A stretch of 64,000 nt of DNA, taken from Eledone cirrhosa (taxonomy: Eukaryota). Location of the stretch: contig OZ024741.1 in assembly GCA_964016885.1 (NCBI GenBank), positions 207,762,001 to 207,826,000 of the forward strand. The letters run 5' to 3'. Below, one piece after another: positions 32,443-44,400 of this stretch. The position numbers and the translations under genes are program-made. Every line of letters begins with the position of its first letter. The stretch's first letter is position 1. The notes beneath the pieces are model-generated. The model saw nothing but the letters and a program-made list of their open reading frames with translations. It did no database searches and was not told the DNA's origin.

Positions 32443-35400
32443 TGCATTTATCTTGCTTTATGTTTATACGAGTTATCACCAAGTCACAACCAGTGACCTC
32501 AAGAGACAACAAGGTCCGCCATGTTCAAGAAAGAACACACATATTCACACATGCATCCTTAGTGTTTAGACTTGTGATGTACTTATATTGACAGGATCTT
32601 CCTTAGTATATGGGCAGTTCCCATTAGTACTATCTTTTGTATTTCTCCTATACGCGGGTTTCCTGGGATTTGCGATAAGTAGTCGTTAGACCCCTTAGGT
32701 ATCATTCCCAGAGCGCCTACAACCACTGGTATTGTTTTAGTTCTCAATTTCCACATTTTTCCAATTTCTATCTCCAGGTCCTTATACTTGCTCAATTTTT
32801 CAAATGTTTTTATAGATACATTCTTGTCTATTGGAACAGACATATCAATTAGCAGGCATACCCCCCTTTGAAAGTCCTTCAATATTATATCAGGTCTATT
32901 TGCATCTATTTTTCGGTCTGTTTGGATGCTAAAGTTCCACAAGATTGAGATGTGATCTTTTTCAAGTATGGGAGGTGGTTGATGCTCCCACCAATTCTTT
33001 TGATGGGGCAGGTCAAAATGCTTACACATTATCCAATGTATGTATTGTGCAGCTCTGTCATGCCTGTTTAGGTATTCGGTTGGAGCTATAGGACTGCACA
33101 TTGAAATTATATGGTCAATGGTCTCTGGTTGTTTTTTGCATACACGGCATAATGGGCTGCACCCATTTTTTATTATGTTGGCTTGGTAATTTTTTGTTGG
33201 CAGACACTGATCTTGTGCGGATATAATCAGTCCTTCAGTCTCCGATTCAGTCCAGAGGATGCCAACCACTGATGGGTTAAAGTTTTGTCAACATCAGGAT
33301 TGTTAGCTCGCTCTGGGTATTTTCCATACAGAGGCTTTTCTTGCCATTTCTTAGCCAGTTTCTGTAGCAGTTCTTTCTTTGCAGTTACTTTTACCTGCTT
33401 TGCTTTTTCTGTGTTTTCCATTTCAGCAGTAAATGGGACTTCTGAAATTTGTAGTCCATTACTGTATCTTTGTGCATCTTTTGTAATGGAATATGATCTT
33501 TTGGTGCTTTCGTGTTTCAAAACGAGTTTGATCATCCAATCATGTGATTCCCTTAGATATGTGGATAATCCAATTGTTGCAGTTTTCAACGCAATGTCTA
33601 ACTGGATTAACCCACGTCCTCCTTCTTTCCTAGGGAGATATATTCTATCTATGTCTGCCTTAGGGTGATGCATTCTGTGCATGGTTAAGAATTTTCGGAT
33701 TTTTGTATCGAGTTTACGGATCTCTGTGCTTGACCAGTTGATGACATTGTAACTGTAGGTTACTACTGGTATGGCAAGCGTGTTTATGGCATCGATCCTA
33801 TTCCTTGCATTCAATTCCGTTCTTAAGATTGCTCTGACTCTGCGGTAACATTCCTTCCTTATCCTTTCCCTCATTGTCGAGTGCTTGATTCCGTCTCCTT
33901 CACAAACACCTAGATATTTGTAAGTTTGTTCTTGATCAAGCTCTCTTATCACGTTCCCCCGATCAAGATTAATGTCTGAACTCTTCAGCAGCTTTCCTCT
34001 GGTGAACGTTGCTTTGGCGCATTTATCCAGTCCAAACTCCATTTTAATGTCATCACTGAACTGCTTCACAGTGGACAATAGCCCTTGCAATTGTTCATCA
34101 TTTTTTGCAAATAGTTTCAGGTCATCCATGTAGAACAGGTGATTAATGGTTTTGTCATAGACTCTATATCCATGTTTTGTTTCATTGAGCATTTTACTTA
34201 ATGGTATAAGTGCGATGCAGAATAAAAGCGGTGATAAAGAGTCACCCTGAAAAATTCCACAATTAATGTTAACTTCTCCAGCTTCCAGTGATTTTGTTTC
34301 ACTATTCAAAAGGAGTGTCGTTCTCCATGTCCTCATACTGAATGACAAAAACCTCCTGACAACGGGGGATATTTTGAAAATCTCTAAACATTTTTCAATC
34401 CAACTGTGTGGCAAACTATCAAATGCTTTTTTATAATCTATCCAAGCAATCGATAGATTTTTGTGTCTATTATGACAATCTTCCAGTATCATTTTGTTAA
34501 CCAGAAGCTGATCCTTACAGCCATATGAGCCTCGTTTACACCCTTTCTGCTCAATGGGAAATAGGTCATTTGTTATCAGGTGGTCATATGTGTATTCAGT
34601 TAGGACTGATGTTAAAATTTTATACATTGTGGTCAAGCAGGTTATCGGTCTGTAATTTTTGGGATTGTTTGTCTCATCATTCTTCGGTAGCAGGAATGTA
34701 ATGCCGTTAACTAGCCATGATGGTATTTTTTCTGGCTCCTTAACTATTTCATTGTAAAGTTGGGCTAACAGCTCATGAGACTCTGTGAAGGCATTTATCC
34801 AAAAGTTTTGTATTTTGTCTTTTCCTGGGGATTTCCATTTGCTGGTTTTTCTTAGAGCCAAGCGCAGCTGTTCAACTGTTATATTTTCCCATGTTTGTTC
34901 TTCAAGGTGAGCTGTTTCTTTCATTTGTCTGTCTATCCATGGGGCATGTATGTTATGAACTTTTTCTTCGGCCCAGATCTTTTCCCAGAATTCTTGCACT
35001 TCCTCCTTGGGTGGTATTGATTTAGCAGTTATTGTTGACTTACCAATTTTTCTGTAGAAGTTTCTTTGGTTGTTTTTGAACATATTATTGTCCTTATAGA
35101 ATCTAGATCGTTTTTCAAAGCGCCTTATACGAGCAGCTTTGGCCGACACTTTTTGCTTGATTGTTTCTATCAGCATGTCTATGTCACATGTTGATCTTAT
35201 ACTGTACTTTTTTTTTCAATTTTCTAAGTTTAGTTTGTTTAACATGTTCACCTACTTTATAGTTTGTTAAAATTTCTATGTCAGATCGGAGAAGGTTTAT
35301 TTGGCGATTGATGTTATCTTGCCAAGTAGATTTCTTGTGGGAACTCCTTTGTTTTTTCATCTTCACTCCACATAAGTGAGTGGTGACTTTAGCCGATGCA

Positions 35401-36400
35401 TAATAGAGATGATTTAAGTCAGTAATGTTTAGTTTGTTTGTGATGATAATGTTTTTGAGAATTATGTTAGTCTTGTGTATTATCTTTTGGTTCTGTTTGG
35501 AGTTCTGGATCTTAGGGAGGGTGTCTCGTTCCCCCATGTCAGATTCTTTCATTTTCATCCATTCGATCATAATTTCATCCTTCAGGTTGGCAAGTTCATT
35601 CTCATTCATTTCTTTATCATTTACGATCTCATTATTTTCATTTGGAGTTTCATCCTCAGCATGCACTCCCTCCACTTTTTCGCTCCTTTCTTTAATTTGT
35701 TCTGTTGCCCGTGATTCCGCCCCAACTCTGGGATTCGAAGTGTTACAGTTTACCTCGTTTTCACTGACACATGCTTCATTTTCCCTTCGCTGACTTTGTG
35801 CTACTAGCTTGATCTGATCAATTTCTATATCAGTTAGTAACTTTTTTCTTACAATATTTCTTCGTATATTGGCTAGTTTGTTACTGTCAATATAGCCTCT
35901 GTTTTCGGGATGTTTCTTTTTCCAGTTGATATATGTTTGCTCTGTATTCGATGTATTTGATGGGTAGTACATGGCAGTGTAGAAAGCCTCAAGGACTTCT
36001 TTATTATCTTCCCTTGACCATTTTTCTCTCTTTTTCTTTGGATTTCTTGGTGGTGAGCATGGAGGGCCAACAGTAGGAGTATTCCGGTTATGGGAGGTCT
36101 CCAGCTCCGAAGTGATGGGAAGGTTTGAACCATTAGCTGATTTTTCGACCCCAGTCTGGCCCTTTTTTACCCGGGTGACGGCCGATCCGGTATGAGATTT
36201 CATCATTAGACATTTACTTTATTTTGTCGCGTTTTATCCTTATCCGCCAAGGGGTAATCTTTTCGTGTTACCACTTCTAGAACGAGTGTCAACCAAGACT
36301 AGAGGGGTCGTTCTCCCCTAGAGACATGGCTATTCCCCGCCGGCCGCCATCCCGGTATTTCTTGGTCACGGGGTTTTCTTTTTGTTGTTTTTTTTAAATT
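32441..36400 (-). mobile_element. R4/Dong-type RLE LINE, near full length, two frameshifts, 3' end in (TAA)n
   Basis: ORF pieces 35184-36206, 33227-35176 and 32583-33269. RT (NYRPITCL, GIFQGDSLSP, YMDD), CCHC (CRVC..H...C) and RLE (RPDI, KLSKY). Confidence 0.93.
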
Positions 36401-36459
36401 GTTATTATCATGAGTGGTTCCTTAATGTGAGCATTGCGTGGCTTAAGAATGAAATTATT

Positions 36460-36512
36460 AATAATTGTCTCCACTCCAGGCACAAGGCCAGCAATCACCC
36501 AGTGCATTACAA
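36460..36512 (-). mobile_element. 3' fragment of the tRNA-derived SINE
   Basis: Reverse complement GTAATGCACTGGGTGATTGCTGGCCTTGTGCC...AGACAATTATT. Confidence 0.8.
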
Positions 36513-37314
36513 TAATATAATATACTTTTTTTTGTAGTTGGCTGTTATTGCTGCTGGCTATGTCGGTGGTGGTGCCGGGGCTTTTTATATTGTTGGTGAG
36601 GAAGGGGTGAGCCAGCAGTCCCATAATTGTTGATGTAGACGTTTGTCCGTGGCAAGGTCACCAAGTCAATCTATTTATATCTTTTGCTAGCCTCTCTCTT
36701 GTCTAGTGCTACCACCACCTTCCCTTTTCTCTCTCAAGTTAACAGGGGAATAGTGTCAGTAGCATTGAATGAGTGGTGGCGGCGATGATGGATGTGGTGG
36801 GGTGGTGGCAGCGGTGGTGTTGTGGTTACTGATATAGTATCTATGAGTTTGTGTTCGTATGTTTAATATATATTTTCATTATATTTTGTGTTGACATATT
36901 CCCGTAAAATTTGAATTAAACATTTTAAAAAATTTGAGACAATAATAATAGTAATTATTATTATGATGCCGGTGAAGTTGCCGTTATATTTAGTGTGATG
37001 GGATAGGTAGTGTATCAAGTTTCTGGTGTTGGTGAAATTGAAATTGCCGCTGTTCTATATAGTGTAGACAGAGGGTGTTTTGTTCCATTTATAACCATTT
37101 TCTTTTTTTTAATACAAAATTGAATATTTGAGCGATACAACAATATAATATGGATCCGAAACTTTATGGGACCTCTTCGGTGCCTTTATGCAACATTTGT
37201 GCTAAGAATTGTTCTTTCACAATTGATTTAAATATGTTAAAAATCAAAAAACTTACGGGAGCAATTTCGTGACGTTCTACCACCTCGTGCATCTTCTTCC
37301 CTTCTTCTTCTTCT

Positions 37315-37439
<125 letters not shown>

Positions 37440-37630
37440 GGGCGGTGGATTAGCAGTATCGGTAGAGTGTCGGACGCCATGCTTTCCAGCATAGTTACGC
37501 CCCTTTACGATCTGATTTCAAATCCCGCCGAGGTTGACTTTGCCTTTCATCCTTATGGGGTCGATAAAATAAAGTACCAGTAATGCACTGGGTAATTGCT
37601 GGCCTTGTGCCTAAAGTAGAAACAATTATT
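37440..37630 (+). mobile_element. tRNA-derived SINE embedded in (TTA)n
   Basis: Same family as 583-775, with (TTA)n on both sides. Confidence 0.92.
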
Positions 37631-37769
37631 ATTATTATTATTATTATTGTTATTAATGTATGTGTGTGTGTGTGTATATGTGTGTGTGTATGTGTATGTA
37701 TGTGTGTATGTATATATGTATGTATGTATATATATATATTCTTTTTTTTATTTATTTATTTTTTTATTT

Positions 37770-37817
<48 letters not shown>

Positions 37818-40800
37818 GTTACTGTTATTCCTTGAATCTCAGTCATTGATGTTGGTTAACTGGAAAGTCCGTTGGATTGAATATCAAGCCACTACCTGCA
37901 GCCTCAGATATTCAGGACGTATCGGAGGGTTCTTGCCGTTCCAAGCAAGCATGCCTTTTGAAGCGTTCCAAAAAGCGTGAAGGGGCCGATTTTCTTTAAC
38001 CATCCCTGGAAACCTTTGGAGATAGTCCCCAGTGCGCCTATGACAATCGGGATCACTTTGACTTCATGGCAGTTCCAAATCCTTTTCACCTCCCACTTTA
38101 GGTCCTGGTATCGGTTAATTTTCTCCCTCTCCTTCTCTTGCACTCTCGTGTCGAACGGGCAGGCCACATCCACAATCAGGCACGATCTTTTTTCTTTGTC
38201 CACAACCACCAGGTCAGGTCTATTGTGTTCCAGTTTTTTGTCCGTCTGTATCCTAAAATCCCACAGCACCTTCACCTGACTGTTCTCCATCACCGCCTCT
38301 GGCCTATGCTCATACCATTTCTCAGAATGTGGTAGATTGTTTACTTTGCACAGGTGCCAGTGGATCACCCTGCCCATCACATCGTGTCTCCAGCCCTTAT
38401 AGTGGGTCTGGGCTAGGTGTTTACACTCGGACACAATGTGAGCCACAGTCTCCTCTCTCTCTCCACAGATCCTGCACAGTGGGCTAGCCTCCTCCTTGTG
38501 GATATGGTGCTTCAACCACTTCGTTTTGAGGGCCTGCTCCTGCGCAGCCATTAGCATTCCTTCTGTAGCCTTTTTGAGGTCTCCTCTTCTCAACCAGTTC
38601 CATGTCTGTGGATCTCTAAATTCAGTTTTCTCAAAGAAGGTACTATGAAGGGATTTTCCCTTAAGGCTGCTCTTCCTCCTTGATGTTATTTCCTCCTTGG
38701 GTATCCCCTGGCCTACTGTCCCCTCCTTCAGTACAGCTCTGAGCATTGGCTCCTTACTATAGGTCACGTATTTGTATAGGTTGTTTTTCTCCATCTGAAC
38801 ACAGTCCTCTATGCTGATAAGACCTCTTCCACCCTCAGATCTCCTTAGGTAGAGTCTATCGACATCACTCCTCTTGTGGAACATGTTGTAGATAGTCAAT
38901 AGCTTCCTAGTCTTCCTATCCATTTCTTTTTGTTCAGCAACATTCCATCTCAGAATTCCCGCACTGTACCTAATAATAGACACAGCTCGGGAATTTACTG
39001 CGCTTATGGCATTTCTGCTGTTCAGATGTGACTTCAATACGCTCCTTACTCTCCGAATGTATTCAGTTCTTAACAATTCCTTCATTTTTTTGTTCTTTAT
39101 GCCATCAGCCTCCAGAACGCCCAAATACTTGTATCCTTCCTCAGAGTCAATTTCCTTTATCATCTCACCTGTTGGTATCTGGATCCCGTTACTTCTGCTC
39201 AACCTACCCCTCCTCATCACAATGACTCCACATTTACCAATACCAAACTGCATACATATATCACTGCTGAAAATACGGACAGTGTCAACAAGCACATCCA
39301 ACTCCTTCTCACTTTTCCCGAAGAGCTTAAGATCGTCCATGAAGAGGAGGTGATTGATGGTAAGCTCTCCCCTTCCCAACTTGTATCCTGCTCTCACTTT
39401 TCGCAGCATAATGGTCAAGGGCATCAGGGCAAGGACAAACAACAGAGGGGACAGGCTATCTCCCTGGAAGATACCTCTCTTGATCTTCACGCTTCCCAAG
39501 GATACTCCAGTTGATGTCAACTCTGTCTCCCAGGACCCCATACTCCTGCCCAGCAACTGTCTGATGTTATCTGCCACCCTGAAGATCTCCAGGCTTTTGG
39601 TGATCCAGGAATGAGGCACCATGTCAAATGCCTTTCTGTAGTCTATCCATCCCATGGCAAGATCAGTGTGTCTCCTCCTGCAATTCCCCATTACCATCTT
39701 ATCAATAAGCAACTGGTCCTTTGTACCACGTGACTTCTTTCGGCATCCTTTCTGTTCGTCCGGCAACAAGTTGTTTGTGTGGAGGTGATGGTAGATTTCC
39801 TCAGACACAATGCTCGTCAACAGTTTCCACATTACGGGCAGACATGTGATAGGTCTATAGATGGTAACATCATTACCCTTGATTCGGTCTTTCATTATCA
39901 GAACTGTGGTACCTTTTGTCAACCACTCTGGCACCTCACCCGACACCAAGCAATCATTGAACATGGCCGTCAGCTTCGGGTGGAGGGATGTTAAATGTTT
40001 AATCCAATACCCCTGCACACCATCTGGGCCTGGTGATTTCCAGTTGGTTAGTTTTTTGGCTTGCCCCTTAAGAGTTTCAACTGTGATACTCAAATCAGTC
40101 TGTTGCTGTGCCTGCTCACCGATCTCCCTCTGTACTGTCTCAATCCACCCTGCCTGGGCATTGTGTCTAACATCCTGCTCCCATATTCCTCTCCAGAATG
40201 TTTTAGCTTGTTCCGCCCCAGGGATCAAGTCGTTGCCTCTTTCTTTCCCCTCAAGCTGTCCAAACAGCATCTTCTGGTTGTTGTCGAACATGCGGTTCTG
40301 TTTATACTGACTGACTCTGTTCTCGTATCGCCTGATTTTGGCACTCTTTGCTACAATGCGTTGCTTCAATTCCTCTATGATAATATTTAGCTTTTTACTC
40401 CTAGTTTTGTATTTTATTTCCAGTCTATTTTTAGTGCCTATGTTTTTTAGTGTCCCATTCAGTAGTGACTCAAGCTTTCCTATGTCATTTCTCATTTCCC
40501 CGATTTGCCCACTCAGTCGCTTCTTCCACCACGGCTCTGCTCTTTCTTGTCTGTTGTTTCCTCTCGCTTTTATACCAAGTAGTTTCCTCACCGTATTTGC
40601 TGTTGCTTTGAGGATATTGTTGCACTGGTGAAGACTCCTCGCCTCAAGGTATGGGATGACTTTGTTTACCTTAGCTGTTGTTTCTTTTAACTTTTTCCTG
40701 TCTACAAATCTTAGGTTCATAGGTCTCCCACTATCATTGTTCAACTCATCTACCACTAAATTTAGGATGTCAACCGAATCTTGTCCTAGCCCGTCAGCAT

Positions 40801-41348
40801 TCATCTCCTCAGTGGCCGTATCTCTGTTCCAGGTATTATTTATCTCAGTATTCAGATCATTGTCTGCTTCGGGTGGTTCCTCCGTTCTCAGGACCTCCTC
40901 ACCTTCATTTCCCGCCGGCTCGCTTGTCTGGCATACTACACCCGCCATCTCCAAGCCATTCTCTCTGCTCAGTTCCTCCAGTTCCAGCTCGCTTATCCAC
41001 CCATTAGTTCTTATTACCCGAGCCTGCCCGGCCAATTTTTGTTCATCTAATTTAAATAAACCAATCTCGTTCCAGATGTTATGCATCCGTCTCCTGTAGC
41101 CCCTCTCCTTGGGGTTACTTTTCAGGTAGCATTGCATAACAGTTCTATTCAATTCTTTCGTCCAGTTGGTTCTGGCCCCTTTCCTTCTTCTTCTTCCTCC
41201 AACATCAGCAGTATTTGGTTGACAGTCAGGCTCCTGCTGCTGAGCCAGGGGGCACCTGTTGGGTGAGAGTCTGTCACATGACGATCTAGTCTCCATTTCA
41301 CCGTTATTCGAACTGTTTATGTTCGATATTTAAACACTCTTATCGAGG
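37818..41348 (-). mobile_element. R4/Dong-type RLE LINE flanked by (TAA)n on both sides
   Basis: Single long ORF with TAA arrays at 37780-37817 and 41349-41420. Confidence 0.95.
37904..41296 (-). CDS. Intact 1130-aa RT + CCHC + restriction-like endonuclease protein
   Basis: KSPGPDG, YRPITCL, DYRKAFD, GIFQGDSLSP, FMDD, CRIC..ETVAH...C, RHD, RPDLVV..D, KINRY. No internal stops. Confidence 0.95.
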   Translation of the reverse strand: METRSSCDRLSPNRCPLAQQQEPDCQPNTADVGGRRRRKGARTNWTKELNRTVMQCYLKSNPKERGYRRRMHNIWNEIGLFKLDEQKLAGQARVIRTNGWISELELEELSRENGLEMAGVVCQTSEPAGNEGEEVLRTEEPPEADNDLNTEINNTWNRDTATEEMNADGLGQDSVDILNLVVDELNNDSGRPMNLRFVDRKKLKETTAKVNKVIPYLEARSLHQCNNILKATANTVRKLLGIKARGNNRQERAEPWWKKRLSGQIGEMRNDIGKLESLLNGTLKNIGTKNRLEIKYKTRSKKLNIIIEELKQRIVAKSAKIRRYENRVSQYKQNRMFDNNQKMLFGQLEGKERGNDLIPGAEQAKTFWRGIWEQDVRHNAQAGWIETVQREIGEQAQQQTDLSITVETLKGQAKKLTNWKSPGPDGVQGYWIKHLTSLHPKLTAMFNDCLVSGEVPEWLTKGTTVLIMKDRIKGNDVTIYRPITCLPVMWKLLTSIVSEEIYHHLHTNNLLPDEQKGCRKKSRGTKDQLLIDKMVMGNCRRRHTDLAMGWIDYRKAFDMVPHSWITKSLEIFRVADNIRQLLGRSMGSWETELTSTGVSLGSVKIKRGIFQGDSLSPLLFVLALMPLTIMLRKVRAGYKLGRGELTINHLLFMDDLKLFGKSEKELDVLVDTVRIFSSDICMQFGIGKCGVIVMRRGRLSRSNGIQIPTGEMIKEIDSEEGYKYLGVLEADGIKNKKMKELLRTEYIRRVRSVLKSHLNSRNAISAVNSRAVSIIRYSAGILRWNVAEQKEMDRKTRKLLTIYNMFHKRSDVDRLYLRRSEGGRGLISIEDCVQMEKNNLYKYVTYSKEPMLRAVLKEGTVGQGIPKEEITSRRKSSLKGKSLHSTFFEKTEFRDPQTWNWLRRGDLKKATEGMLMAAQEQALKTKWLKHHIHKEEASPLCRICGEREETVAHIVSECKHLAQTHYKGWRHDVMGRVIHWHLCKVNNLPHSEKWYEHRPEAVMENSQVKVLWDFRIQTDKKLEHNRPDLVVVDKEKRSCLIVDVACPFDTRVQEKEREKINRYQDLKWEVKRIWNCHEVKVIPIVIGALGTISKGFQGWLKKIGPFTLFGTLQKACLLGTARTLRYVLNI

Positions 41349-41420
<72 letters not shown>

Positions 41421-44400
41421 GAATGCTATGGTTGACGGAGGCTCGGCTCTGTAAGGTACTGTAAATTTTGAACGCTATAACAATTGTAAATTGTTTAAAA
41501 CTTAGACCAACTTGTAGACAAAAACACCCTCCTCCTCGTGAGAGGGGTCTTTCTGCCCGTTATTTGGCCCTTCGGGGTTAAATAACTGCTTATTGGGGTT
41601 TTGTACCCAATATTTATTTTAAACAAAAAAAACAACATGGCTACGAAAAAGAATTTGCATAGGTCACTCCCACTCATTCCGTCTTCTTCTTCCTCAATCG
41701 TCACTACAGCAGAGAGAAGATTGTCTCTCTCCCTCCCTTCTTTAAATGTGTCTCTCTCCCTCCCTTCTCTTTCGCAAGTGACGACAGAAAAGAAAAGTCT
41801 CGTGCAAAGCGTGCAAGGTTTCTCCACAACAACGACGACAGCGACGAAACAGGTGTGCGGGAAATACGAAAACCCACTTCATTCGTCTGACGTCAGGAAT
41901 AATAGCAGTAGCAGCCGTAATAACAACAGTGACAATGAAAACAACAGTAGCAGCCGCAACAGCATCACCAGCAGCATAAACAACAACAGCATTAGCAGCA
42001 GCAACACCAACAACAACCACAGCAACAGCGGCGGAGGCAGTAGTCGTAGTACCTGCAGCAACAACAAAAGTAACAGCAGCTCTGACGACAACAATAACAA
42101 CAGCAGCAAAGAAAAACCAATCTCATTTGCAGGTATTGCGAAAAACTTGGAAACAATCCTCATAACAAATGAGGAATTAGAGGAAGCGAAGAAGATGGTG
42201 ACAAAGACTGGACACCGAGCAATCTGCAAGGCAGCGGAAACATTTTTCGAAACCCAACAGCACTGTACGGTCACGTACCGTACAGTAAGTACAAAATCCC
42301 GTAGGGTCGAAAGAGCCACAGAGGCTCAAATACAAAAAGCCTTGGGGTCTGTGTGGCAGCGGAAAACGCACATCACCCGAGGCAAAAAATATGCCACCGT
42401 AGACGTACTTTTTGCCACACCCCAGGAGGCAAAGGCCCAATCCGTAGTGACCCTAAGGAGCGAGGAAATGGTGTTGGTGCCCTCCTACTGCGGGCAAAAA
42501 ATTGTGAGGGTCAAACTGACCCACGTCCCCCCCGGGATGGCCCCTTCTTGGCTGGCCGCGTCTGTCCTCGTCGGAATCGAGGACAAAACAACTGTACTGC
42601 AAGTACAGAAAAAAGTAAGAGAAGATTGGGTCGGCACCTCCATTGAGATGCTAATCCAAACCAACCAGGAGTGCATCGAAGCTATCCCGGATGTGATAGA
42701 CTTCGATAACGGCACTCAACTGCCCATAAGTGTTGAGGGAAAACGCCCGAAATGCTTTCGCTGTGGATCGAAGACTCACCTCAGGGCCTTCTGCAACGAG
42801 AAGACCCTGAGAAAGGAGAACCCCCCCCCCCTCCTTCCGAAACCGGCTCCACGGCTACCAGCAACAGGACAAGCGGCAACCAGGAACAGCAATACCAAAT
42901 GCAGCTGCAACAGAGACTCCAGTGCAAACATCACCAACATCAACAAGTGAAAGAGTGGAGCTGGTACCCCTCCCCGACCTCACAGAATCAGACATGGAGT
43001 GTGAGGTGGGAGAGAGATGGCAAAAGGTCGTAAGAAGGCACAAATGCAGAAGCAGCGCATCGTCGCCTTTGAAAAGGGAGGAAAGAAATGAGAAAAGGGT
43101 AAAGTCTACTGCAAAGAGACCCATAGCAGCAACACCACCAACACCATTACCACCCACACTAGCACCACCATCACCACCGGCGACAACCCCACCGCCAACA
43201 ACACCTTCAACACCACCACCACAAGCACCAACATCGCAAACACAACAACAAAACACACACACCCAGCAACAACGACAAGAAAATAGCAGAACCACACCCC
43301 ACCCCCAGAAAAACATGCACGGCAATAAATACACACAACAAGAAACTAATGACTTACATAATTGAACACACAGACATTTCACAACACGACTACATAATAC
43401 CAGCACCAATCAAAACGCCAACTAACATAAGACTGCTAAAAATAGCACAGAAACAATACACAAACATTAAAACGAAATTCCCCAACGCAGTTGGTGATTT
43501 CAGGGACCTAGGAGGAACTATCAATCGAAGAGTATATTCAGACATTCTCTTAGAAGAGCCGACGACCAGCCGAAGGAACGATTCAACGGTCCCTTCACCA
43601 GACGATCAAGTGAAAAGGGATGTAAAAACCATCCCTCCTCTACCAAAAGTACGGTAAGTGGTCTTTCCCATCTTTTCCACTCTATTTTAAACATGACCTC
43701 ACTCAGAATAGGCAGCATAAATGCGCGTGGCTTGGGGTCGTCATGGAAGCAGGGTCACCTGCTCAACGACCTCAGGTCCCTAAACATAGACGTAGTGGCC
43801 ATCAGCGAGACCAGAATCTCCGAAGCACGGGCCTTTGCACCGATCTTCGGCGGCTACGATGTGTACGCATCTCCCAGCCGTCCTGGATCGGGGGGAGGAG
43901 TTGCTGTGCTTTTTCGGAGAGGTTTGGATCTCGCCATACGGGCCATCTTCCTGGACCCAGAGGGTAAGCTGGTGGTGCTGGACGTGACCAGCGGAGACGG
44001 GCAAGCTTTCAGGCTAGTGGCCGTCTATGCCCCGACAGGAGCAGGGCGGCCTGATTTCTTCCGGCGTCTGGAGACCTTTCTTGGAACGTCCCGCTCTTTA
44101 GTGTTAGTGGGCGACTGGAACGGGATCTTAGATGCACGCTGGGACTGTGTGGGATTACCGGATAGGGGTGGAGGGTGCAAGAGCCTCACCAACATGCTCA
44201 GGCGTTTTGAACTGTCTGACAGGTACCGATTGGATTTCCCGAATGCGCCAATGTGGACTTGGACAAATCGCATAGGGTCATCCAGATCATATCTAGATAG
44301 AGTATTTTGTAGGGAAATAGATAGGTCTAGCATAGGCTGTCCACAATTCAAGATAGTCAGCTACACGGACCACACATTCGTGATCTGTGTGCTTAACTTA

